Shown: positions 20,123-30,828 of the stretch, one piece after another | How the letters are laid out: each line of letters begins with the position of its first letter | Numbering within the stretch: the stretch's first letter is position 1 | NCBI GenBank assembly: GCA_963727625.1 | Contig: CAVSHR010000014.1 | Coordinates: 32,889 to 96,888, forward strand | Length of the DNA: 64,000 nucleotides | From: an uncultured delta proteobacterium | GTDB lineage: Bacteria; Desulfobacterota; Binatia; UBA9968 | Direction: 5' to 3' | Translations under genes and position numbers: made by a program | Notes under the pieces: model-generated | Seen by the model: the letters and a program-made list of their open reading frames with translations, nothing else | Database searches by the model: none | Told to the model about the DNA's origin: nothing

Positions 20123-22144
20123 ATGAAGACATTAAAGCTCATTTTAGTGGCGCTGGCGGTATTTCTACTGCCCAGATACGCCCATGCATTGGATCTCGGT
20201 TCCGTGCGCATCAGCTATTTGGACGGCGAAGTCCAGATGAGGACAGCCGAGACGGGGGATGACTGGGTTCCTGCTGCTGTAAACACGCCTCTGATAGAAG
20301 GGGACGAGTTATGGGTGCCGGAGGGAGGAAGGCTTGAATTCCAGCTCGAGACCGGGACCGCCGTAAGGCTGGACCAGAATTCTGCATTGCAGATCCTGAC
20401 ACTGGACAGGGCTTCTTCGCAGTTTTATCTGACCGAAGGACATGCCTACGTGGACCACAACTCGCCGCGCGGCAACCTGATCCAGATCGACACGCCGGTG
20501 GCGTCCCTGCGCGCCTATGACAGATCAATTTTTAGAGTAGATGTCCCTGACCAATATACCGATGTCTCGGTGTTCTCCGGTTCGGTGGACGCCGAAGGAA
20601 GGTATGGCAGGACGCGGGTGAGCGCGGGACGGACCCTGACGCTCGGAGACGACAGAGACGCGGAACTCGCGCTGAACGGCCGAGCCGATGAGTGGGAAAA
20701 CTGGAACAGGCAACGGGATACGCGATTTGCCTCACGAGGAGACAGTTACCGCTACCTCCCCGATGAACTGCGGGTCTACGCCAGCGATTTGGATGATAAT
20801 GGAAGGTGGGTGCAAGTACCGGAATACGGTTACGTATGGATTCTCAGAGCGGTTGCAGCGGACTGGGCGCCCTATCGGACGGGGAGATGGATGTGGCGAG
20901 GCGGAGATTATGTCTGGATATCCTATGAGTCCTGGGGCTGGACACCCTATCATTACGGCAGGTGGTCCCATGATCCCCGTATCGGATGGTTTTGGGTGCC
21001 GCCGCGGCGGGGCCAGGTCTACTGGGGGCCGGGATATGTCGGGTGGGTCAGGACGGCTAACTACGTCGCGTGGGTGCCGCTTGCACCGCGGGAGATCTAC
21101 TATGGCTATGGCAATTACGGCCCAAACAGCGTGGACCTAAGAAAGCGCAATGTCAGGGAGATCAACATAACAAAAATCACTTATCGAAATGTCCGGGTGA
21201 CCAATAGCGTGACGGTCATCAACCATAATACCTTCGTGACCGGACGGCGCGAAGCGGTCAATGTGAGAGAGAACCCCTTCGTGACCGAGAAAGTAAACAT
21301 CGGCCGGCCCGATATAAAACCAGAAAGAGCGAGCTATGCCCCGGTGGTAAGGACGATCGAGCCTGCCAAGCGGCCGCCGCAGGAAGTCAACAGGATAGCG
21401 GTGAAAGAACTAAAGCAAGAACGGCAGTTGGTGAAAGAGCAGAATCGGTCCGTGATCCATAAGGGTCAGCCGGTAAAAGCCTTGGCCGTAAAGACCGTGG
21501 AGCAACCGAAGAGCCCAACGGAAAAAGTGCAGGAGCGCAAACAGAGGGGCACGAGTGCCGCACCAGGGGAACGCCCCCGCGTGAAGGGCGATGAAAAGTC
21601 TGCAAGCCCCAGCGCAGCCACTGAGACAAAGGAGACTACAGGCCGCGGACAGTCAAGCCGAGAGCCGGCGGTAAAGCAACCGGCCGGCGCTCGTGCAAAA
21701 CCGCCAGAGCGCCAGCCTCAGCCGGAGAAGGGTAAGACCCAAAAAGCCGTGGAAAGCCCCAGAGCAAAGCCCGAGACAAGGGTCGAAAAGCCGGTGAAAG
21801 CCGAGGACAAGCAAAAACCAAAAGCACCTCAAGCAAAGCCCGAGTCCAGAGTGGAACCAAGGGCCAGGAAAGCCGCAGAGGCAAAACAAAAGCCTGGAGG
21901 AGCGCCAAGCAAAGCGCCCGCGATGATCGATAGGAAAGCCGAAAGGCCATCAGGCCCTGTAGAAAAGGCAAAGGCAGCGGCGGCTCCGGCCAAGGCCGCT
22001 GAGGCCAAGGGTGAAGTAAAGGGCGGCAAGCAGACTGTCGCAGAAAAGAATCAATCAAGGGAAGAAAAGAAGGCCACCAAAGATGGGCTGGAAGGCAAGG
22101 GAAAATCCGACGAGACAAAAGAAGAGAAGATCGAGAGAAGATAG
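20123..22144 (+). CDS. Secreted FecR-like plus DUF6600 domain protein with K/E/P/A-rich disordered tail
   Basis: Signal peptide ending YAHA; N.PL.EGD.LW; W/Y-rich WAPYRTGRW..WGWTPYHYGRW repeats. Confidence 0.85.
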   Translation: MKTLKLILVALAVFLLPRYAHALDLGSVRISYLDGEVQMRTAETGDDWVPAAVNTPLIEGDELWVPEGGRLEFQLETGTAVRLDQNSALQILTLDRASSQFYLTEGHAYVDHNSPRGNLIQIDTPVASLRAYDRSIFRVDVPDQYTDVSVFSGSVDAEGRYGRTRVSAGRTLTLGDDRDAELALNGRADEWENWNRQRDTRFASRGDSYRYLPDELRVYASDLDDNGRWVQVPEYGYVWILRAVAADWAPYRTGRWMWRGGDYVWISYESWGWTPYHYGRWSHDPRIGWFWVPPRRGQVYWGPGYVGWVRTANYVAWVPLAPREIYYGYGNYGPNSVDLRKRNVREINITKITYRNVRVTNSVTVINHNTFVTGRREAVNVRENPFVTEKVNIGRPDIKPERASYAPVVRTIEPAKRPPQEVNRIAVKELKQERQLVKEQNRSVIHKGQPVKALAVKTVEQPKSPTEKVQERKQRGTSAAPGERPRVKGDEKSASPSAATETKETTGRGQSSREPAVKQPAGARAKPPERQPQPEKGKTQKAVESPRAKPETRVEKPVKAEDKQKPKAPQAKPESRVEPRARKAAEAKQKPGGAPSKAPAMIDRKAERPSGPVEKAKAAAAPAKAAEAKGEVKGGKQTVAEKNQSREEKKATKDGLEGKGKSDETKEEKIERR

Positions 22145-22311
22145 AAAGCCGTGGAGGTTCCCGTGTGCGGAACTGGCAGGGCGCGCCGCTCGGCCCTCTG
22201 GAATATCATCGTGACTCCGATAATCCTTCGATGCGGAAACGGCCGGGGTGTCATTAAGCATAGCGCGGCGAATCGCGATCCGGAAGATCCCTCCCCTGTT
22301 TGGAACCAAAT

Positions 22312-24099
22312 ATGAGCGGCGACACCAAGCTCAAGAGCATGGGAGCCATTCCTCACTCAAAGGGAGTCGCCTTTCGGGTATGGGCACCCAATGCTCAGCG
22401 GGTTTCCGTCATCGGTTCGTTCAACGACTGGGACGGCACCAAGCATCCCATGCAGGCTGAGGAGAACGGCCACTGGTACGTCGATGTAGCCGAGGCTAAT
22501 GTCGACGATCCGTACCGTTATCTGCTGACCACGGCAACGGGCCCGTTCAAGCGCATCGACCCCTATGCCCGCGAGGTAACGAGTTCGGTCGGCAACGCCA
22601 TCGTGCACGACCCGAGCTTCGACTGGGAGGACGACGACTTCCATATCGCGGCGCGCAGCGAGCTGGTTATCTACGAACTGCATGTCGGCACCTTCAACGA
22701 CGAGGAGGACGACAAGTTACCCGGCAAGTTCGCCTCGGTGTCGGCCCGTCTGCGACATCTGAAAAAGCTCGGCGTCAATGCCATCGAGATCATGCCGATA
22801 GCCCAGTTCGCCGGACTTCGCTCATGGGGTTACAACCCCGCGCATATCTTTTCGGTTGAGCTTGCTTACGGCGGCCCTTTGGCGTTCAAGAAGTTCGTCA
22901 AGCGCGCGCACCGGAATGGTATCGCGGTGATCCTCGACGTCGTCTACAACCACTTTGGCCCGGGGGATCTCGATCTTTGGCAGTTCGACGGCTGGTGCGA
23001 GAACGATCGCGGCGGGATTTACTTTTATAACGACGACCGGGCGAAGACACCGTGGGGAGAGACCCGTCCCGATTACGGACGCAGCGAGGTTCGACAATAT
23101 ATCTTCGACAACATTTTTATGTGGCTCGATGAATACCATGTCGACGGTCTGCGCTTCGACGGCGTCGGCTACATTCATTCTTTCCCCGGACCAGGCGGTC
23201 GAGATCTGCCCGAGGGGTGGGGCCTACTCCAATGGATCAACAGCAGGGTCGCCGAGAAATTTCCCGGTCGGATCACAATCGCCGAGGACCTGTTGAACAA
23301 CAACTGGATTACCAAGGACGTGGGGGCCGGCGGAGCTGGGTTCGACGCGCAGTGGGATGCCAACTTCGTCCACCCCATCCGCCAAGCGGTGATCACCTCC
23401 GAGGATGGACAACGCTCCTTGAGCGCCATTCGCGATGCGCTCTGCTATCGCTATAACGACGATGTCTTTGAAAGGGTCATCTACAGCGAATCGCACGACG
23501 AGGTGGCAAACGGCAGGGCGCGCGTGCCTCAGGAGGTGAGCCCCGAGCATGCCAAAGGATGGTATTCTCAGAAGCGCTCGACGCTGGCTGCGGCCATGGT
23601 GTTCACCGCGCCGGGCATCCCCATGCTCTTCCAGGGCCAGGAATTCCTCGAAGGAAATTATTTCCGCGACACGGTCCCGGTCGATTGGGACCAACGCGAC
23701 GAGTTCCACGGCATCGTAAGGCTGTACCGCGACCTCATCCGGCTGCGGCTCAACCGCGACGGCTTTACCCGTGGTCTCTGCGGGCAGTTCACCCAGGTCT
23801 ATCATTTGAATGACGAACGCAAGCTTCTCGCCTACCACCGTTGGGACAAGGGCGGCCCGACGGACGACGTCGTGGTCGTCGCTAACTTTCTTAATGAGCC
23901 GCAGGATCAGTACGTCATCGGCTTTCCGGCTGCAGGGAGCTGGAAGCTACGCTTCAACAGCGATTGGCAGGGTTACAGCGACAACTTCGAAGGCCATTGG
24001 AGCGGCAACGTGATCGCCGAACCGGGCGAGTATGACGGCTTACCCTGCCACGCCGAGCTTTCCGTTGGTCCGTACAGCGTGCTGATTTTTTCGCAATGA
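22312..24099 (+). CDS. GH13 alpha-amylase family enzyme with CBM48 (branching enzyme/TreZ-like)
   Basis: FRVWAPNA, IYELHVGTF, WGYNP, DVVYNH, DGLRFD, IAED, ESHDE. Confidence 0.92.
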   Translation: MSGDTKLKSMGAIPHSKGVAFRVWAPNAQRVSVIGSFNDWDGTKHPMQAEENGHWYVDVAEANVDDPYRYLLTTATGPFKRIDPYAREVTSSVGNAIVHDPSFDWEDDDFHIAARSELVIYELHVGTFNDEEDDKLPGKFASVSARLRHLKKLGVNAIEIMPIAQFAGLRSWGYNPAHIFSVELAYGGPLAFKKFVKRAHRNGIAVILDVVYNHFGPGDLDLWQFDGWCENDRGGIYFYNDDRAKTPWGETRPDYGRSEVRQYIFDNIFMWLDEYHVDGLRFDGVGYIHSFPGPGGRDLPEGWGLLQWINSRVAEKFPGRITIAEDLLNNNWITKDVGAGGAGFDAQWDANFVHPIRQAVITSEDGQRSLSAIRDALCYRYNDDVFERVIYSESHDEVANGRARVPQEVSPEHAKGWYSQKRSTLAAAMVFTAPGIPMLFQGQEFLEGNYFRDTVPVDWDQRDEFHGIVRLYRDLIRLRLNRDGFTRGLCGQFTQVYHLNDERKLLAYHRWDKGGPTDDVVVVANFLNEPQDQYVIGFPAAGSWKLRFNSDWQGYSDNFEGHWSGNVIAEPGEYDGLPCHAELSVGPYSVLIFSQ

Positions 24100-24257
24100 T
24101 CGAAGCAGCAGAGAGGTCCGATTATCTCAAACGACAAGATTGAATACGGTGTCAATGAATTGCTGCCGCCCTTCTGAAGCAGCTCTGCGAACGGGATGCT
24201 GCGGGAAGCGCCTTGAGACAGCCAAGGAAGGCGATCCGAGGTATTATTTGAAGAGCT

Positions 24258-24476
24258 ATGGTCAAGCAGAAAATCTTCCCAAAGACTCTCATCCTTTTGG
24301 TCGCTCTGTTCAGCCTTCCGGTGTTGCAAAGTTTTTCTCTGGCAGCAAGCGGCTTAATAGGTTCCGCCGCTCCCTTTTTTAGAGTTCAATCGGGCGATGG
24401 CAAGGAGCTGAGCTTAGCCATGATCAAGGCCAAGGTCGCCGCCATATTCTACCAGAACAAAGACATTGCGCTCTAG
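24258..24476 (+). pseudogene. Truncated secreted redoxin/YtfJ-like protein fragment
   Basis: Signal peptide, then IGSAAPFFRVQSGDGKELSL..IK.KV..IFY, stopping early. Confidence 0.45.
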
Positions 24477-24665
24477 CGGCGGTCGAGTTCTTGCCTAGCC
24501 GGCCAAGGCATCATGGCGCAAAAACAGATGCAATGGCTTATTTGCCATCTCTTCGGTTTCTTGCCACCAAAATTGGTCAGATTTTGACCCAGTTCGATCT
24601 CCACGGCAGTCCACGCACTCAAAACCGGTGCCGGCGTGCGTGAAGCCCAGAATTTTTCAAAAACC

Positions 24666-24707
24666 GTTCAATATTAGACTGAAACTATCTCAGCGCCCGC
24701 GTATTTT
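24666..24707 (+). promoter_or_regulatory. Crp-type box plus -10 TATTTT, upstream of the response regulator
   Basis: GTTCAATATTAGAC-N22-TATTTT. Confidence 0.78.
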
Positions 24708-24742
24708 GGAATGAAAAGACCGGCTCCGACCTCATCATCACG

Positions 24743-25204
24743 ATGGGTAATGCCTGGTTCAGAGGAGAGCCGTTGAGATCAGAAAAAATACTGGTTGTCG
24801 AAGATTCTTTTGATCTTCGCGAGATTCTCGGAAAACTTTTTGCATCCTTGGGATGGGATCCCATCCTTGCCGAGAGCGGCCGGAAAGCGTTGGAGAAACT
24901 CGAGCACGAAACGCCGAAAATTATTCTCCTGGACATGCGGATGCCGGAAATGAACGGCTTCGAGCTCGCGAGAATCCTAAAAACACATCGTGTTTACAGG
25001 AACATACCGATACTTGCTGCCACCGCGTTTCCCGACCACATCGCCAGGCGGCAGTGTCTTGCGGCCGGCTGCAATGATTTCATTTCTAAGCCTTTCTCGT
25101 TTGCCGCGCTCCAAGCGAGTCTTGCAAATCTAGTGTCCGGAGAAAGACCAAATATCGTTCCTGTTCCTTTAAGTGAAAGGCAGCAGCATGAAATTCAGTC
25201 ATAA
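24743..25204 (+). CDS. Single-domain response regulator (receiver)
   Basis: ILVVED, LLDMRMPEMNG, ATA, FISKPF. Confidence 0.92.
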   Translation: MGNAWFRGEPLRSEKILVVEDSFDLREILGKLFASLGWDPILAESGRKALEKLEHETPKIILLDMRMPEMNGFELARILKTHRVYRNIPILAATAFPDHIARRQCLAAGCNDFISKPFSFAALQASLANLVSGERPNIVPVPLSERQQHEIQS

Positions 25205-25394
25205 CAGAAACAGAATCGATACCACCTTGGGAGAGCTCATAGCAACGATCAGCGATGTTGCCTTTGAATACTCCGATGACTCAGACGAGGCTTACCATCT
25301 TGCCTGTATGGTTTTGGCAGAGATTCTAAAAGACGCAGCGCTCAGGCGTCAGAACGCTGGCAGGCACTTTCCCAAGGTCGACTATCTGCATTAA
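25188..25394 (+). CDS. Small hypothetical protein
   Basis: MKFSHNRNRIDTTLGELIATISDVAFE...; overlaps the regulator stop codon. Confidence 0.6.
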   Translation: MKFSHNRNRIDTTLGELIATISDVAFEYSDDSDEAYHLACMVLAEILKDAALRRQNAGRHFPKVDYLH

Positions 25395-25421
25395 TTGCTT
25401 ACAGAACGGGCTTCACCTAGT

Positions 25422-25546
25422 CGACCGTTTGGTCGAAAGTTCCGTCACTTTCGACGAGGTTTCTCCCGCTGCTTAGCCCGACGGGAAGAAAAGTATCCGA
25501 ACAATTAGCTGTCTTCCTCACGAACAGTTGTGGCACAAGGCTTGCG
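25422..25546 (+). promoter_or_regulatory. Enhancer-like element (25422-25457) plus sigma54 promoter TGGCACAAGGCTTGC (25531)
   Basis: CGACCGTTTGGTCGA element; GG-N10-GC promoter 109 bp downstream. Confidence 0.8.
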
Positions 25547-25766
25547 CCTACTGGGCTTAGATAGTTGTTTCAGTGAAGCGATATGCGCCCAACTATTTTG
25601 ATCGGCGTCATGATTCTACTGACGATGGGCGGATTGTCATCCGGCCTCGCGGTCGGTCGTTGGATTACTCCCGCCGCGGGGAGATGGAATCGCAAACCGG
25701 CTTACTAACAAATCAAATCTGGGAACGGCCCCAAAGGCGCCGAACTCCGAAATTGGGAGGTGCTTT

Positions 25767-25985
25767 ATGCCTTTAGTTCAACTCGTGGTGGTCTTGATCG
25801 TAGTCGGGGTTCTCCTCGGCATGGTTAATCGCTACATACCGATGGCAGGATCCATTAAGTCGATTTTGAACGGCGTTGTGGTGATCGGCGTAGTTCTGTG
25901 GCTACTGAATGTTTTTGGACTTTTCAGCTCCCTCTCCGCAATCCATGTGGGCAAATTGTCTTGGCTCGGTGGGATCGGCGCTTAG
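25767..25985 (+). CDS. Thivi_2564-like small membrane protein
   Basis: MPLVQLVVVLIVVGVLL..VNRYIPMAGSIKSILN; GGAGG RBS. Confidence 0.85.
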   Translation: MPLVQLVVVLIVVGVLLGMVNRYIPMAGSIKSILNGVVVIGVVLWLLNVFGLFSSLSAIHVGKLSWLGGIGA

Positions 25986-26050
25986 TTGCAGTAATAAGGA
26001 GTCGCAATGGGTTTCCAACTGACCCGATGAGTATCCCATAATTTGAGATC

Positions 26051-28483
26051 ATGAGTGCAGGGATGTTGTATTGGTCGTTGATGTTTCTTCTGGTTGCTCT
26101 AAGCGCCGGGCTGCTGGTCGTTGCGCTCACCGCAACCGGCGCGCGAAAAATTTTGCCATGGCTCGCTCCGCACGCCCGCTGGGACTGGGCGACTTCTATT
26201 CCAATATGGTTCAGATCGATGCGCGAGAAAGCCCTGGCAGTCGCTCAAAGCTTCCACAGTGACCGATTAGGGAGGCTGCGTTGGCGAAGAGGCATCTTTA
26301 ACCTGGTGATTGTCGCGCCGCCGATGATCGCTGCATTTCTGTCGATCGGATTTTATCACGTCTATTTTGACCGAAGCGATTTGCCCGACATAGAAGCGTT
26401 GGTTCGCTTTGAGTTGCCTACCATTGGCACGGTCTACGATGCCAAGGACGAGCCGCTCATCGAACTGGCGAAAGAGTACCGGAAGATTGTCAAGTATGAG
26501 GACATCCCGCCGATTGTTCGCGATGCAATCATCGCGGCTGAAGACAAGGATTTCTTCGTCCATGGCGGCGTCAATTATGCGGTCATTCCTCGGGTGCTGG
26601 GGAAAGTCAGAATTCGAGCTCTGGCGTCGCGTCTGATCGGATTGGGGGATCAAGACCCGGTGCTGTTTCCGCAAGGCGGATCGACGATCACCCAACAGCT
26701 CGTGCGAGGGTATTTTCTCAAGAACTTGACGGCTCGAGAAAACAGCAGCCGGCTCCAGCATGGCGGAATTTTATCTAGCGCGCTGTCTTACCTAATCGGA
26801 GCGCGCAGCGTCAACATGCTGGTGCGCAAGCTCGAGGAGATTCGCCTCTCGTTGTGGCTCGAAAGCGAGATGCGAAAGCGCTTCGGCTCGAAACGCAAAG
26901 CCAAGGAAAAAATTCTCGCCCTTTACGCCAGCTTCATTTACATGGGAAACAGCCGGTACGGGTTTGCAACGGCAGCGGAATATTATTTTGGCCGGCCGCT
27001 CGCCAGCTTCACCGTCGATGATGCGGACAAGGCGGCGCTCCTCGCAGGCATTGCCAAGGCACCGCGCACCTACGCGCCCAACGCGACGGCAACGGCGAGA
27101 GTTCTGCGTCGGAGAAATCAAACTCTGGCGCTTATGGCGGCGAACGGGTTCATTTCCCGGGACAATGTGAATTCAGCCGAGCAGCGTCCGATTCAAGTGA
27201 TCGCGGGCGGCAAAGACAAAATGATTCAGGCGCCCGCGGTCCTTGGAACCATTGTTCAGGAGCTGAAGCGACGCGGCAACCTAAGCCTTGACGACTTTCG
27301 GCAGGGACGAGTCCAGGTTTACTCCACGGTGGAAGCCAGAGTGCAGCAACTTGCCAACTCGGCGCTGGAACATGGACTTGAACTTTACGAGCAGCGACAC
27401 CCGAGCGCCAAAGGAATTGTCCAGGGTTCTGTCGTCGTGCTGCGGAACCGTGACGCCGGTATCCTCGCCGAGACGGGCGGTCGCCAGTTCTACCAGGACC
27501 GCTCAGCGGCATATAGCGACTTTAACCGTGTCACCAAGTCGGTGCGACAACCTGGGTCAACGATGAAACCGATGGTCTATCTCGCTGCCTTTCGGCAGGG
27601 AAATTTTGACCTTGAAACGGTCGTTCCCGACGAACCGATCGGCGTTCCGGACGGAGCGCAGCAGAGCACGAAATGGATCTCGAACTACGATGATCAATTC
27701 AAAGGCATGATTCCGCTGCGCGAGGCGCTCGCAGAATCGAGAAACGCCGTCGCGGTCTGGCTCACCGGGCAGATTGGGATTGGCAGCGTTCTACGGACTT
27801 CGCATGCTTTAGGGATCCAGTCGCGGTTGCAACCCTACGCGACGACGGCATTGGGCGCCTCTGAAGTGAATTTGCTGGAGCTGGCCAATGCGTACCGTAC
27901 CATGGCCTCGGGGATTTTGGTCGAGCCGACCGTGATTCGAAAAATCGTCCGAGATTCGGCCGAGGTGAAGGCCGAGAACGAGATGGGGCGACCTGCGGTG
28001 GATGTCAATGACTCCGCGCTCGCGCTTATTCAGGAAGGCCTGCGCAGTGTCGTGCGCATTCCCAGCGGCACGGCTCATGCGCTTGACTCCAGCGTTTTCC
28101 CGATCGCGGTCATGGGCAAGACAGGGACGACAAACGAGTTCAGAGACGCGCTGTTTGTGGGGTCGACCTACGGCCCCGAAGGAATAACCATCGCCGTTCG
28201 TATAGGCTTCGACGACAACCGTTCGCTCGGGCCCCAGGAAACCGGTGGTCGGGTTGCGCTGCCGGTGTTCAAGGACCTCATGCTCAGAGTTTACCGCGAA
28301 AAGCTGGTCGGCGCTGCGCCGAAGTTTCCGGCGCAAATGGAGGAGAATATCGATGAGTACCTCGCGGGCGGCTCGGTGGCGAACGGAGAATCCGTGAGCG
28401 CAACCGAAAACCCATCAAATGCATTGCTACCGCTTTCGGTGGGCTTCACGGATCGTAGCGAGCCGTCTCAAGAACGGCCGTAG
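26051..28483 (+). CDS. Class A penicillin-binding protein (transglycosylase/transpeptidase)
   Basis: AEDKDF..HGG, GGSTITQQL, RKLEE, QPGSTMKP (SxxK), SRN, KTGT. Confidence 0.93.
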   Translation: MSAGMLYWSLMFLLVALSAGLLVVALTATGARKILPWLAPHARWDWATSIPIWFRSMREKALAVAQSFHSDRLGRLRWRRGIFNLVIVAPPMIAAFLSIGFYHVYFDRSDLPDIEALVRFELPTIGTVYDAKDEPLIELAKEYRKIVKYEDIPPIVRDAIIAAEDKDFFVHGGVNYAVIPRVLGKVRIRALASRLIGLGDQDPVLFPQGGSTITQQLVRGYFLKNLTARENSSRLQHGGILSSALSYLIGARSVNMLVRKLEEIRLSLWLESEMRKRFGSKRKAKEKILALYASFIYMGNSRYGFATAAEYYFGRPLASFTVDDADKAALLAGIAKAPRTYAPNATATARVLRRRNQTLALMAANGFISRDNVNSAEQRPIQVIAGGKDKMIQAPAVLGTIVQELKRRGNLSLDDFRQGRVQVYSTVEARVQQLANSALEHGLELYEQRHPSAKGIVQGSVVVLRNRDAGILAETGGRQFYQDRSAAYSDFNRVTKSVRQPGSTMKPMVYLAAFRQGNFDLETVVPDEPIGVPDGAQQSTKWISNYDDQFKGMIPLREALAESRNAVAVWLTGQIGIGSVLRTSHALGIQSRLQPYATTALGASEVNLLELANAYRTMASGILVEPTVIRKIVRDSAEVKAENEMGRPAVDVNDSALALIQEGLRSVVRIPSGTAHALDSSVFPIAVMGKTGTTNEFRDALFVGSTYGPEGITIAVRIGFDDNRSLGPQETGGRVALPVFKDLMLRVYREKLVGAAPKFPAQMEENIDEYLAGGSVANGESVSATENPSNALLPLSVGFTDRSEPSQERP

Positions 28484-28614
28484 CATCGGCCGGTCGTTGG
28501 GTCGCCATCCAGACCGGTCATGTTGACCGGATCTCAACTTCTCCGATTCGCAGCGCGTAGATCGAATCGCGATTATCTGAGGCAGCGGCATTTCGGCAAT
28601 AGTAAGAAAGTTCC

Positions 28615-30528
28615 ATGAAAAATCCATCCGAGCGACTTAGTCTCCAGGGCCATGGCGGTCCCGGCACCGGAACACTGCCATATGTGATCGCCGTCGCGAC
28701 TTTCGTTCTGATCATTGCGTCGCTCTATTGGGCGCAAGCTGTCCTGATCCCCGTCGCTTTGGCGATCTTGTTGACCTTTTTGTTGACTCCGGTTGCGGGC
28801 GCCCTGGAACGGATCACTCGTAGACGACTTCCTTCAGTGATCCTGGTCGTAGTTCTGACATTTTCTCTCCTGGGAGGAATCGGCTGGATCGTCACGCTTC
28901 AACTCGGCAGCCTGGCGAACGAGCTGCCTAAATACACACGCAACATCCGGCAAAAAATTGCCGACGTCCGCGGGGCGGGCAAGGGCGGTGCCTTTGAGAA
29001 AGTGCAAAAAACCGTCGAGGATGTAAAAAGCGAAATTCAGAAAGGCGACGAGTCCGCAGGGGTGAGTGGTCAAGGCCTACCAGTCATCGTGCAGCCTGAG
29101 TCTTTCACGTTTTGGCCTGTTCCACAGGCCGTTGGGCCGATGTTGGAACGCCTTGCCAGCGCCGGCCTCGTGATTGTGTTGGTCATCTTTATGCTGATTC
29201 AGCGCGAAGATCTGCGCAATCGCTTCATCCGGCTCGCGGGTTATGGCCGTTTGACGATTACGACTCTGGCGCTGGAAGAAGCGGGTCAGCGCATTAGCCG
29301 TTACCTGTTGATGCAGACGATCATCAATTGCTCCTTCGGGCTAGCGGTGGGTTGCGCGCTTTATCTGATCGGTGTTCCCTATGCCATCCTCTGGGGTTTT
29401 CTTGCCGCCGTGTTGCGATTCATTCCGTATATTGGATTCTTCGTAGCGGCGATCTTGCCCAGTGCGCTCAGCCTGGCGGTTTTCGACGGCTGGCTGTGGC
29501 CGATCGTCGTTGCCGGACTCTTTTTGGCGCTGGAACTCCTCAATAATATGGTTCTGGAGCCGCTGCTCTATGGCGAGAGCGCGGGCGTCTCGGGAGTCGG
29601 GCTCCTCGTTGCACTGGCGTTCTGGACATGGCTTTGGGGGCCGGTCGGACTGGTCCTCGCCACCCCGCTCACGGTCTGTGTTGTCGTGCTGAGCAAGTAC
29701 GTGCCCGGGATGGATTTTATCGGAGTGCTGATCAGCGATCAGCCGGCGCTGGAATCAAACATAAGCTACTACCAGAGACTGTTGGCCATGGACCAAGCCG
29801 AAGCGGCCGAAATCGTCGAAGAACATCTCAAGACCCATCCGCAGGAACAGCTCTTCGATGCGGTGCTGGTGCCGGCGCTGAACTACGCCCGGAGGGACCG
29901 AGAGCTCGGAAGGCTGACGGACGATGGCGAACAATTTGTTTTCCGCGCGACACGGGAGATTTTGGAGGACCTTGACCGTTTGACGCCCAAGAGTTTGCCG
30001 GAGGCTCCCGACTCTGCCAAAGCAGAGTCGATTGTCGAAGGCTCCCAGGTCACCCTTTCCCCGAAAGTTCGCGTCTTAGGGTGTCCCGCCCGCGACGAAG
30101 CAGACGAGCTGGCGCTCCTCATGTTCAGTCAGCTACTGGATTCCAGCAAATTTGAATTCGAGGTCGTATCCGATGCGGTGCTGGCTTCCGAAGTTGTTGC
30201 CCGGATCGAAGAAAAAACCCCAGCGATGATTTTTATCGCCACCGTATCACCCGGAGGACTGGCGCAGACACGTTATCTCTGCAAGCGGTTACGGGCGCGA
30301 TGTCCCAATCTCAAGATCGCGGTCGGACGATGGGGTATGGGAAGCGAGGATAAAAATGGCATTCTGCTCGCGGGTGCCGACAGGGTTGGGACGACCATGA
30401 TCGAAACGCGCGAGCAGTTGATTCAATTGTGCCAATTCGGCGCCCAGTCAGAAGAGCCGTCGGTTGCAACGGTTCCTGCTTGTCCTACCAGCAGAGAGAC
30501 GCGCCCCCTGACTTTATCTGCTGATTAA
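28615..30528 (+). CDS. AI-2E (UPF0118) family transporter with C-terminal B12-binding-like domain
   Basis: RFIPYIG, NN..EP.LYG.S.G.S, FWTWLWGPVGL.LATPLTVC, YYQRLLA.D. Confidence 0.92.
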   Translation: MKNPSERLSLQGHGGPGTGTLPYVIAVATFVLIIASLYWAQAVLIPVALAILLTFLLTPVAGALERITRRRLPSVILVVVLTFSLLGGIGWIVTLQLGSLANELPKYTRNIRQKIADVRGAGKGGAFEKVQKTVEDVKSEIQKGDESAGVSGQGLPVIVQPESFTFWPVPQAVGPMLERLASAGLVIVLVIFMLIQREDLRNRFIRLAGYGRLTITTLALEEAGQRISRYLLMQTIINCSFGLAVGCALYLIGVPYAILWGFLAAVLRFIPYIGFFVAAILPSALSLAVFDGWLWPIVVAGLFLALELLNNMVLEPLLYGESAGVSGVGLLVALAFWTWLWGPVGLVLATPLTVCVVVLSKYVPGMDFIGVLISDQPALESNISYYQRLLAMDQAEAAEIVEEHLKTHPQEQLFDAVLVPALNYARRDRELGRLTDDGEQFVFRATREILEDLDRLTPKSLPEAPDSAKAESIVEGSQVTLSPKVRVLGCPARDEADELALLMFSQLLDSSKFEFEVVSDAVLASEVVARIEEKTPAMIFIATVSPGGLAQTRYLCKRLRARCPNLKIAVGRWGMGSEDKNGILLAGADRVGTTMIETREQLIQLCQFGAQSEEPSVATVPACPTSRETRPLTLSAD

Positions 30529-30720
30529 GATGGCTTCGCCATAATCAAAATCAATTAGACTGGCGTCGTCGGCGGCAGAGGACAGGATTGGGAATCAACA
30601 GCAAGTTAAGTAGGTCGCCGCGAATCGAGAACTGAACGGACCACTCACGCGAAACGATTCCAAACGGTTCGCCCCATCGCACGTGAAAGTAGGGGAAAGC
30701 AAAGATTCTTCCTAGATATC

Positions 30721-30762
30721 GTCCAGTATTGGACAGCAAACCAACTTAACTTGAGCGAGTAT
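30721..30762 (+). promoter_or_regulatory. Crp-type box plus -10-like GAGTAT, upstream of csbD
   Basis: GTCCAGTATTGGAC-N22-GAGTAT. Confidence 0.68.
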
Positions 30763-30828
30763 GTGGGTTGATGATCGACATAAATAACCCGATCCTCATA
30801 AAAGAGCCGAACTCTAGAGGAGGTAGAA

